This document shows positions 26,517-36,410 of a DNA stretch of 36,410 nt, piece after piece. The notes beneath the pieces were generated by a model. It saw only the letters and a program-made list of their open reading frames with translations. It was not told where the DNA came from and made no database searches. The stretch covers positions 12,319,622 through 12,356,031 of the forward strand of contig CM119266.1 of NCBI GenBank assembly GCA_051294375.1. Direction: 5' to 3'. The translations under genes were made by a program, and so were the position numbers. Source of the stretch: Paraspadella gotoi (Eukaryota > Animalia > Chaetognatha). Positions within the stretch are counted from its first letter, which is position 1; every line of letters starts with the position of its first letter.

Positions 26517-27662
26517 GTCTCGCCTTTCTCATCCTCTCTCTCTCTCTCTCAGTTAAACCCTCCACTCAAAAACAAAACTTCTTTCCCCCCTCTTTTCTGG
26601 TTCTCATCGCGCCACCAAAAGACTTCGGGCCTTAGTGCTTCTCTTTATCTTTTCTCAGTTTTTTATTCTCTTCTTCATTCTATCTCTCTCTCTCTCTCTC
26701 TATTCCTTCTCCCATCTCGCTCCCGTTTTAAAATAAAACTCATCGACGCGCATCGAGAGAAGAGACTAGTCATGATTTTTAATTATTTAGTCTCTGGCAA
26801 AGGCTGTTTTTTTTTCGTCCACGGTTCGTTATTTTTTAACGCGAGTTTTTGGATTTATTTCAACTTTACTTTCTCATGCGCATCTTTCCCGCCATAATGN
26901 NNNNNNNNNNNNNNNNNNNNNNNNNNNNNNNNNNNNNNNCATAATGCCTTTCTCTTACCGCGAACTCGCATTTCAAACGTCTTTTTTCCACTCTCATTTT
27001 GCCATTAGTACTCTCTCTCTCTCTTCTCTCTCCTCTCTTTCTCTCGTCTCTCTCTTCTCTCTCTCTCTCTCTCTCTCTCTCGTCTTCTCCCCTCTTTTTT
27101 CCCCTTCTCATAAATAGATTCACTGGATTTTGGGGGCAAAATAAAAAACCCGAATAAGAAAAAAGGAAATTTTAAAAAATGGAATTCTATATATATCGTC
27201 TTTTTGAATTCGCCCAAAAAAACCTTTTCAACATCGTCGAAAACTGAAGATTCAAATATGGAGATTAAAAAAAAAATTTCGGTTAGAAAATTAAAAAAAA
27301 ACCCCTGCTCTCCTCTCTCTCTTCTCTCCTCTCTCTCTCCTCTCTCTCTCTTCTTCTTCCCTTGCGCCTACACGAATAGTCTAGAATTTTCCGCGAAACG
27401 CTAATCGCCAGGAAACGCGTGTGAAAATCTGTGGAGAGAGAAACGGAAAAGAATACGAAATTATAAAGAAAAAAAAAAAAGCCGGCGAAATACTGAAAAA
27501 CTATGGCGTAATTCGCCGGGAATTGGACTTTGGCCAACGTGGTGGTTAACTCCATCGCCATGACGCCGATGACGCCGGTCGGATTTAGGAACGTCACGTG
27601 ATATAACGACCTCACCCTAGCGACTGTCGCTCACCTCACCCGACGCCATAACTGCCACCGCG

Positions 27663-27851
27663 ATGCCGCCCGTTTACTTTCTCTACTCTTCGCTGAAGAA
27701 GCGGCTCAAAGGATCGGGCAAGAACTCCAACTCGGCGCTGCCCGACTACCCGGGCACGTTGCCCGTCCAAAAGTCCAAGTGGAAGAATCCTCTGCCGCCG
27801 CTCTTCGTCGCCACGTCTTCGTCCAATCATCAACTTCACACGATTCCGGAG
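27663..27851 (+). CDS. Candidate first coding exon, 63 codons: MPPVYFLYSSLKKRLKGSGKNSNSALPDYPGTLPVQKSKWKNPLPPLFVATSSSNHQLHTIPE
   Basis: ATG start, non-repetitive peptide with many G/C-ending codons, donor GAG|GTAAAG (phase 0), then a drop to AT-rich sequence. CACGTGATATAA lies upstream at ~27595-27606. Confidence 0.6.
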
Positions 27852-29380
27852 GTAAAGAGAAAAGAGTCGTGAAGAGGTTGTTTTGTGAGACAGAGTTGTG
27901 AATGTGCAAACGAATATGATAATTAATTAGTAACAGTGAAAAAGAATTGTATAAGTGCTACGGGAGGGAATTATTAACATATNNNNNNNNNNAGTAACTG
28001 TGAAAAAGAATTGTATAAGTGCTTCGGGAAGGAATTATTAACATATTCACCTATGATAATTTTAACCCTTNNNNNNNNNNNNNNNNNNNNNNNNNGGTGT
28101 ATGTTCATCCACATCCTAATGCTTCCCTCTGCTGTTGCAAAGCGAGACGTCCTAGGGTAACCGCGCCAGTGATGGATGCGTCACTGAGGGTCGGAAGCCC
28201 CAAAGCCAACGTGAGGCCCCATCCAATGGCACACAGGCAACCGGCTTTGCCATAAGATATTTATTTTAATGCTGAAAGTTTCATAACAAGGTTAATAGTA
28301 TATTTTTATTTTTGCCCAGACTTCTAATTAATTAATTAGTTTTACTACCTCACGTGAACCTCGTCATCTGGTAAATCTCCATGTCGTCTGGTATCCTCGG
28401 GTCTTCTAAAGAGACGTTCCGTCGTCATTGAGCCTCGCACCGGCGGCCTTGTTTCCTCAGCGCTATTTCCACGGAGCAGAGTTTTAGTGCGAGTTTTCGC
28501 GTTAGAATTTTAGGCGTCAAGAAGCACGCTCTTTTTTTATCATTATCTAGACGGCCACCCCCGATTTGGCGGCATCTGCGATACAGTTGCGTCAAAAAAT
28601 GCTAAAAAATACATTTTAAAGACACCGATTTTAAATTTCCAGTGTTGTTAAAAAATAAGTTCTTTGTAATTTTACCTACTTAATGACATAATTTTGAAAA
28701 GGTTTATATTTTGCTTTATCAACTTTTTACGAGGAATCTGAATCTGTTATAATAACCATTTTGGAGGTGATCAATGGACGACAAAGAGAATTATAGAAAA
28801 AATTCTAAGAGAATAATCAATAAATCAATCAACGAGTTAAAAAGATTTTAAAAAAAGTCCGGTTGCAAAGTTTATGATAAACAGCTTTTAAATATCTCAA
28901 TGATAATAGTAGTAGAATTTGTCAATGTTCAACAACTTTGACAGAATTGGTTGTCCAGTTGGTTTTTCTGTTTGTTCATAGCAAAGTGGTAATCGGATAT
29001 TATAGAAAAAATTTTTATTAAATGCATATTTTATATCATTAGTAAATTTGTATCACCTAATTTTATAACCTATAAAGATAACTGTATTAGGACCAAATGT
29101 CAAAAGTTCTTATGGTTTACAAGCTTTAGCTAAAAAGTTTAGGATAGTTCAGTAATTTTCAATTTCACTAACTTTCCATACATGAATAAAACAATGTGGG
29201 AGATTGTGCGCGAGTGTGCGTGGCAAATGCGTTCAATGTCTTTTCAATTTGAATTTGATGAAAATGCTCATATAAAAAAATCTTAAAAGCATAAGGATCG
29301 TCACAATCGGCATAAGAAAAATCTGCAATGACGAAAATTTTTTATACTAAAAAAAAAATCAAAAATTTGAGAATAAGAAA

Positions 29381-29565
29381 ATTAATTATGACAAAGGAAA
29401 TAAGAAAGAAAAGAATTAAATATAAAGAAAGAATTAATGAATAGGAAAGAAAGAAAAAGAAAGCGATAAGAAAGAATGAGAAAGGAAAAGTAAGAAAGGA
29501 AAAAAAAATAGAAAGAAAGAAATAATAGATAGTGAAAGAAAGATATAAAAGGAGAAAAGAAATAA
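29381..29565. repeat. A-rich degenerate (GAAA)n low-complexity tract
   Basis: Direct reading. Confidence 0.85.
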
Positions 29566-30371
29566 ATTGATGATGATGAAGCTGTATATAACATTTTTCC
29601 AGTTACCATATCACCCTAATTTAATTCTATAAAAAAAAAGCATCTCATAATTGGAACCCCGACGACTAACTAACAACGACGACTCGACGACGATCGACGT
29701 CACTATGTGGGCAAAAGAGCGAGTAAGCAAATCGTCGCAAACACTAAAGCGATTTCGACTTATAAAAATATTTAAATCAAATAGTTTTTTACATTACACA
29801 TATAATTAATAACTAAGTCGTTTCTCAAAATCAATCAATTATATAACCTTAGCCAAAATTAAAATATTTCCCAGCATTGGTAAAATACTGTTGCTCGGTT
29901 CATAGATCATTATTCATAGATTAAAAGGATACTAATATGCTGTAAAAATTAAAATACCTTTAGTTCGTACATTTATCTTGCAATGACTATCTGCCCATCA
30001 AAATTCAATTTATGGCCTTACAATGTATGTATAAAATCTTAGCATTTTATTTGAAAAATTCAGGATCCCGGACAAAATCTCCACAAGAATAATAGTATGA
30101 GCGTCCTTGCAGATGGAAATTACGAAGTCGTCCCACGATGAAATCTTGTGAGTAAACAATAACAGGAGAGAGAGAAGAAAGTGAGAAAGAGAGAGAAAGA
30201 AAGAATTTTACATACTTGCTTACTGACTTACAATTAAATGCAATTCTTTAATAAATTTTATTTTAAACTAATATAAAATCATCTTTAAACCTAGCAAAAA
30301 AAGAATTAAATAATTCACTAAAAGAAATACTAAAATAAAAATGAATACCTTTATTGGGAATAGATACTCAC

Positions 30372-30743
30372 GAGGCCGACTATAGGCGTTGACCATGCAG
30401 GAAAAAAACTCGAGTCCGCGATTCCACCACGGAGGATATCGGTGCCGAGAAGCAAGCTGGGTAGTTTTGAGAGTTAAAATCGTATTCAGTCACAATATAA
30501 TTTGTGAGAAGAATAAACTTACCAACGCGTTCCAAATTCTTACTGTTATCGTCATCTCGAAACCAAGTCAAGTCAACGAAATAGAATTATGATAGCGTAT
30601 TCCTGACCGAGTTTTTTTGTCTGTTTCAAGTACAAAACATATATCCTTAACAAAAAAATTAGATAAGCAAAAAGAAAAGTTTTTAATAGTCATTAATTTA
30701 TAAATATCATATTCTTTTTACTCACCACCGATGCCCAAATCGG
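30372..30743 (-). other. Candidate short exons of a minus-strand spliced transcript (product unknown)
   Basis: Three consensus minus-strand donors (GTGAGT at 30725, GTAAGT at 30522, GTGAGT at 30371) with AG acceptors near 30620 and 30457. No clean continuous frame. Confidence 0.3.
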
Positions 30744-32172
30744 CTTTAATCAGAAGATATTTGCAAAAATGTTAATTCAGTGAAGGAAAGTTAAAAATAA
30801 ATAAAACAAAGAAAAACTTTGCTTTTCACAGAGTTATAAAAAATAAAAAATAACCCTGGGTAATAGACGACTTCTATCACATTTTTTTTTTCAAAGAATT
30901 CCACTTTGACCGGATTTCGCTCATAGAAATGAACGAATTCGCTATGTCTTCCACTTCTTGCAGTCGTATAAAAATTAAAAAATAAAGGATAATCAGCGGA
31001 GAAAAAACTTTCGTAAAAAAATGTTATGTACTTAATTCTAAGCATAAAAAATCGATAAACTCAATAACATCATTAATAAAATTATACTGATTCCATCGTT
31101 GGCCATTTTGATGCGTTTTCCTCTACAATTCTTCATGGATGGATTTTTCTAATAAGTGACGATATATTTTAAATATTTGCTTTTCAAAAATAGGATCGTC
31201 ATATTTTGTGTAACTTTAAAATTATTATTTTAGAGCGAAATGTTGAATTTTTTAAAAAAAGTCCATCCATGCATTTGTAGAGATGAATAATAAGTAACCT
31301 ATGTACCAAAGTTTTGGAATTGTTGTTCAGGTCCAACGCTGTTCACTGTGGAATTTTTTTTTTTGCAAAAAAAAAAACCTTTCGTCAAATCTCGTGCCGA
31401 ATATATGATAAAAAATATTTGAAAACTTTGTTCTGGACAGAGTGTGATCGAGTATCATATCAACAGATGAAGGAAAAATATGTACCCTTCTCTATTAAAG
31501 ACCCGAATCTAATGACACAAACCTTTAAGCACAAAAGAATTTATTGAGTAGTTAACATTTTCTCGTAACGCGGAAAATTTTTTGAGGACATCGGAACTGG
31601 ATTTTACTTAAAGTCTTTAATATATTTTGATTTACAAATTACTATTCATTTTTCGAAATATCTAGTAATTATTTTGAATTTTTAAATTGGTGAGCAAGTT
31701 TTCTAACCCATGAAAAACCGTATACAGTTTCAATTATATCAAAATAGATTAGGCTCAAGCTTTTCAGAGATGTCGACACATCGGCTTTCATGCAAACTTA
31801 CTCCATTCAGTCACGCACGAATTAAAAAAAAAACAAATAAAAAAAAAGAAAGATAAACAAGGTTCTCTCTTTTCTTTCGTTTGTGACAAGATAAAAAAAA
31901 TTATCTTTTTTCGTATTTGGCGATTGTGACGCGGCTATTAGTGTGGGCCTCGGGTAAAATCCAAATAATCTTTCAAATACTTTCTTTTACGCGATTCCGC
32001 TTTTTAATTTGCTTTTCTTTTTAAGCCCATTGTGGTGAATCAAGCTTTTCTTTATGAATTTACTTTACTTTGTAACAATCGCTACTACGTCCACTGTCCA
32101 GCTTATTTGCTCATTCTTTGACATCTTTAAATTATGATAAAAATCAATTAACTCACAAAGCCTTTCGCTCCC

Positions 32173-32266
32173 CTAAAAAGAGATAATGATTGAGAGTTCA
32201 GTCATCACGTCACGAGTGAATCTAAAAGAGATAATGATTGAGAGTTCAGTCATCACGTCACGAGTG
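32173..32266. repeat. Tandem duplication of a ~48 bp unit
   Basis: CTAAAA(A)GAGATAATGATTGAGAGTTCAGTCATCACGTCACGAGTG occurs twice. Confidence 0.95.
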
Positions 32267-34546
32267 CCTCTAATCGCCCCAATTTTACAATCACGTCTCC
32301 TCGCTAATTGATCGAGAGGCTCGACTCGAGTTTATCGATCCCTCATCTTGTTTTTCATTCACGAAATTTGGATCACCTCACTCTTTCTTTCTTTCATTTT
32401 TTTTTTGAGTTCCGTGACTTAAATTCGATCGATGGTTTCGAAATATTTCAACCAATATTCCAAAAATAATATATCTATTGATAGCGACGATATCTTTGAC
32501 TGGCTTTTCTCTCTTTCGCTTCCCGAAAGACAAACATATTTTGAATTTGAGGCAACTTTATGAAGTTTTTTCGAGGTCTCCTACCAGATATTTTTTATTA
32601 ATTTTTCAAATGTTTTCTTTCCTTTTAACTCCAGACTTTCTGTCTTTCTATCTTAGAGAGAGAGAGAGAGAGAGAGAGAGACTCCGAGACCGCTATGACT
32701 TTGCTTTCTCAGTAGGAGACTTTTTCGTTTTGCTTAAAAAAATTTTAAAAAACTTCAAAATAAAAAAAATCATACCAAACAAAAAGAATATTTCTTTTTT
32801 CGTACTACTTACACTTTTTTTTCTCTCTTTGCACATTCCTCTTTTTCTAATTTTTTTTTCTCTTTTTTAAAGAGAAACTCAATCTGAGTTCTTCGCTTCT
32901 AGAATCGGATTCGCGAATTCCCTTCGTTATTATTTTCACGTCTGCTCCGAGGCCACGAGGGAATTCCATTCTCTTTTCACCTTTTTTTTTTTTTTTTACC
33001 TTTTCAACCGAATTTCGTATTTATTTCTTCCGGCGAAGAAACTGCCGACTTTCTTTTCTCCAAAAATTACAATAGCTCCTCCGGACGAAAATCTTGATTT
33101 ATATCTCAAATCTTATTTTTCAAAATGTCTTTTTCAAAAACGAATTAATCACNNNNNNNNNNNNNNNNNNNNNNNNNTATCCACAAAAAAAACCGCTTGA
33201 AACTTAGCTTGTAGTGTAATAATTCTAAAAGCTGTTAACATGAAGTTATTCATTGTGGTAATAATTTAAAGCCCGGCTGTTAACGTGACATTTTCCATTA
33301 TTTAAATCGAGAGAAGAAAGATCCCGAAGGACAAAGACAAAAAATCCGGAATTCGACATAATTATCGCCCCTCAGGAATCATGAACAACGACGACCACTA
33401 CGACGACGACGATGCCACGCGTCCAAAGATCAATTTTGATTCGGCGTCTGTCCTTTCGTCCCTCTTTTACGCCGTCCGTCCTTCTGCTCTCTTTCTGCCA
33501 GATTTTCGTCAATTCGATGCCATTAACTGCCAGTTTTTTTTTCTTTTTTTATTTTCTTAAATCATTTTCTTGATGATTTTTTTTAAATTAAATTATTTCA
33601 CGCTTGGTAATTGATTTTTTTTTTGGTTCGAAGTTAAAGTTATTTAAAAACAATGTAAGCTAATACACTTAATTCAAAGTAATATTTTTTACTTCCGTTT
33701 CGACTTCCTTCCAATTTCGCCGGGTCTCCTTCATTTTCTTTCCTTAACTTCCGAACATCGAGTTTTTTATTCGCTTACTTTTTCCTCAAATCAAGCGGAC
33801 GCGCAGGTCGCAGGTTCGATACTCGCGTAACTTTCCCTCTTTCGTTTAAGAAATATATCTTATATTATTTCCTTTCTTTTCGTTGTGTATAAATATAGAG
33901 AAAACAAAGTTTGTTTGTTTGATAACAACGATTTTTAACAAACTTTGTTTTCTCAAAAGAAATAGATCATAATAAACACAAATCATGATTAATTTCTTTG
34001 AGGTTTAATTTTTTAAATTTTCGTCAAACATTATCTGGTTTTTTTTACTGTCTTTTTCAATATTTTCAAACTCGTTCGCTCGTTTATTTATTTGGTGCTC
34101 CTTTGTTCTTTCTCCCGTTCGTTCATTAGTTTATTAGTTCTTTTGTTTGTTTCTTCTTTGACTCGTTCGTTCTTCTGTTCGTTTCATTCTTCCCTCCCAC
34201 CTCGCCAACAGGAAACGATCCACCAGCCTTTCAATTCGCGCTCGATTTTTGGCGCCGTGAGTTTTTCTGTTTCGTCCCGAGTTTCCGCGCCCGCTGCTAA
34301 ACAAAACAACGAAATCGAATTTAAAAAAAAAAAAAGAAAAGAAAAAAAGAAAGAATAAAATTTCGAAAGAAAATCCTTTCTCCCTTTTTATTTTTATTTT
34401 TTTGGCCTTTTTTTTTTTAAATAAAGGAAGATGGAGATTTCGGGGGGATGATTTCCAGATTAGGCTCTTCTTTTGAAGATTCAACTTTTTTTCTTTTTTC
34501 TATTTCGGAAGGAATTGTTTTCTTCGGCCTCGATTTTTCTTGAAAA

Positions 34547-34630
34547 GGGGGGGGAAGAGAAGGGGGTGGGAGTGGGGGGGAAGGGGGGTGGAGTTGGGGG
34601 GAAAGGAAGGGGGGTGGGAGTGGGGGGGGA
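34547..34630 (+). repeat. G-rich tract with many G-runs (G-quadruplex potential)
   Basis: At least eight runs of 3 or more G with short A/T loops. Confidence 0.75.
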
Positions 34631-34745
34631 GCTAAGAAGACATACAATGGTTTTTTTCTTTGGTCCAAAATGAAAAGGGGGAGAAACAGAAGATAGTTCG
34701 AAGGGAAAGGGGAAGAAGAAAACGGTCCTTATAACTGATTTTCCC

Positions 34746-35150
34746 AAAAAAAGGGTTTTATAAGAAATTTTGATTCATTTGGAATAAACATTGAAAACTA
34801 TTTTCATTCTTTCCGCCGAGCTGATGGGCGTGAACTGTTCGGGATTGCTCGTCTGAGTTCGCACCTGCGTTTAATGTAGTTTCCGCGCCATTTTGTATTT
34901 TTCTGGGGATAAAATTCGGCAGATGTTTCGTCGAAATTTGGAAAAGATCGAGTCGGACATGAAACTTGACGGTGGAATGTGTATTTAAAATTGGAAATTT
35001 GCATTATCATTATTCTTTATATTTATCTTTAAACTTTATATATCTTTAAGACAAAGGAAGATAATGAACATAAACTATAAAGCATGACATTAATCTGGAA
35101 TGGCGTTGTGTCAGAAAGCGAAACTGTGCCGGCGCGGCGTTCGACATGGT

Positions 35151-35182
<32 letters not shown>

Positions 35183-35679
35183 CCTCTCTGTCCCTCTCTC
35201 TCCTCTCCTCCACTCTTCTAAAAAAAAAGGGGGGTTTTAGATAAGAAAATTTTGATTCATTTGGAAATAAACATTGAAACTATTTTCATTCTTTCCGCCG
35301 AAGCTGATGGGCGTGAACTGTTCGGGATTGCTCGTCTGAGTTNNNNNNNNNNNNNNNNNNNNNNNNNNNNNNNNNNNNNNNNNNNNNNNNNNNNNNNNNN
35401 NNNNNNNNNNNNNNNNNNNNNNNNNNNNNNNNNNNNNNNNNNNNNNNNNNNNNNNNNNNNNNNNNNNNNNNNNNNNNNNNNNNNNNNNNNNNNNNNNNNN
35501 NNTAAAATTCGGCAGATGTTTCGTCGAAATTTGGAAAAGATCTGAGTCGGACATGAAACTTGACGGTGGGAATGTTGTATTTAAAATTGGAAATTTGCAT
35601 TATCATTATTCTTTATATTTTCTTTAAACTTTATATATTTTAAGACAAAGGAAGATAATGAACATAAACTATAAAGCAT
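34746..35679 (+). repeat. ~340 bp direct duplication (34746-35085 / 35220-35679, second copy interrupted by a 160-N gap)
   Basis: Shared sequence such as TTCATTCTTTCCGCCGA(A)GCTGATGGGCGTGAACTG and ...ACTATAAAGCAT. Differences are small indels. Confidence 0.93.
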
Positions 35680-35779
35680 NNNNNNNNNNNNNNNNNNNNN
35701 NNNNNNNNNNNNNNNNNNNNNNNNNNNNNNNNNNNNNNNNNNNNNNNNNNNNNNNNNNNNNNNNNNNNNNNNNNNNNNN

Positions 35780-36410
35780 AAATATTCACGGAGGCTTAAA
35801 ATGAAATTGCATCTCTGAATTTAATGTAATGAGGTTTGGTTTTCATCCTTTCGAGTTTCATCAATATGCAAATTAATTTTTTTGGTTCTTACCTGGCGTA
35901 CCATTTTTAGTTCCGGCGCCGGTCGAGGCGCAAGCGAAAAGCGGCGCGTTTTTCGACGCTGCGGGATTCTCCACGATCGACGTTACGGGCGCCGGCGCCT
36001 CGAAGGAGCGGGACCACCGAGCCGACGGCGGCGCCAGCGTCGCCGGGTCACGGACGCGCATCTGCACCCGCGTCGAGGGTTGAAGAGCGGCGCCGACGAC
36101 GACGGTGTCTAGAAAGGGAGGAGGGTGTTCGAGGAATGGAGGGTGGGGTAGGGACGTTGCCATTGGCTGAGTTGTAGAACTGGAGTGTATTGGGCCAATT
36201 CCGGGCGATGCTATTGGTCCCAATCCGGTTTGCGTCATTGGTCCGATTCTGGGAGATATCATTGGTCCGATTCCCGACGACGTCATTGGCGCGTTACTTT
36301 GTTGAAAGGAGAACACGGAACCGGAAGACGTCGACTGCGACTGGAGCCGCGGAGACGACGACGACGCCACGCACGAAGAGGAGTCGCAGTAGGAGGCGGA
36401 GGAGGAAGAG
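35780..36410 (-). repeat. Inverted copy of ~949-1591 (part of exon A plus intron 1)
   Basis: Reverse complement matches 949-1591. The intron portion 1480-1591 is essentially identical. Starts right after a 100-N gap and runs off the window. Confidence 0.97.
35893..36410 (-). CDS. Exon A, second copy with an intact reading frame (...SNAPMTSSGIGPMISPRIGP...VVVGAALQPSTRVQMRVRDP...GAGTKNGTP), 5' truncated by the window edge
   Basis: ORF 35873-36370 is open through the donor CAG|GTAAGA (intron starts 35892). Ends in phase 1, compatible with exon B. Confidence 0.7.

Noticed and set aside
28345-28450. Short minus-strand frame MTTERLFRRPEDTRRHGDLPDDEVHV
   Set aside because: Too short, weak donor, and no supporting neighbouring exons.
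33795-33830. GGTCGCAGGTTCGATACT resembling a tRNA T-arm/B-box
   Set aside because: No D-arm or acceptor stem. At most a decayed tRNA-derived fragment.
34810-34930. Possible structured RNA with an Sm-like ATTTTTCTGG
   Set aside because: No match that I recognise to snRNA, SL RNA or snoRNA boxes. An Infernal/Rfam scan would be needed.

Overview
Eukaryotic (probably invertebrate animal) draft-assembly sequence: AT-rich, rich in (GA/CT)n and (CGA/TCG)n microsatellites, with GT-AG introns and eight N-gaps. I see no prokaryotic features (operons, CRISPR, rRNA or intact tRNA). Most ORFs in the track are translations of simple repeats. The supportable content is: (1) a + strand spliced gene fragment of unknown product (four exons, ~774-2348, Pro/Ser-rich) carrying frameshifts, whose first exon recurs as a cleaner inverted copy at the window end (35780-36410); (2) an ~11.1 kb direct duplication (2353-13422 / 13448-24585) joined by a 25-N gap and differing mostly by small indels, most likely an assembly artefact; (3) a candidate ATG-initiated first exon at 27663-27851; (4) weaker candidate exons at 30.0-30.75 kb; (5) two clusters of promoter-type motifs. 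I could not support a novel biological system, and assembly artefact explains most of the large-scale structure.
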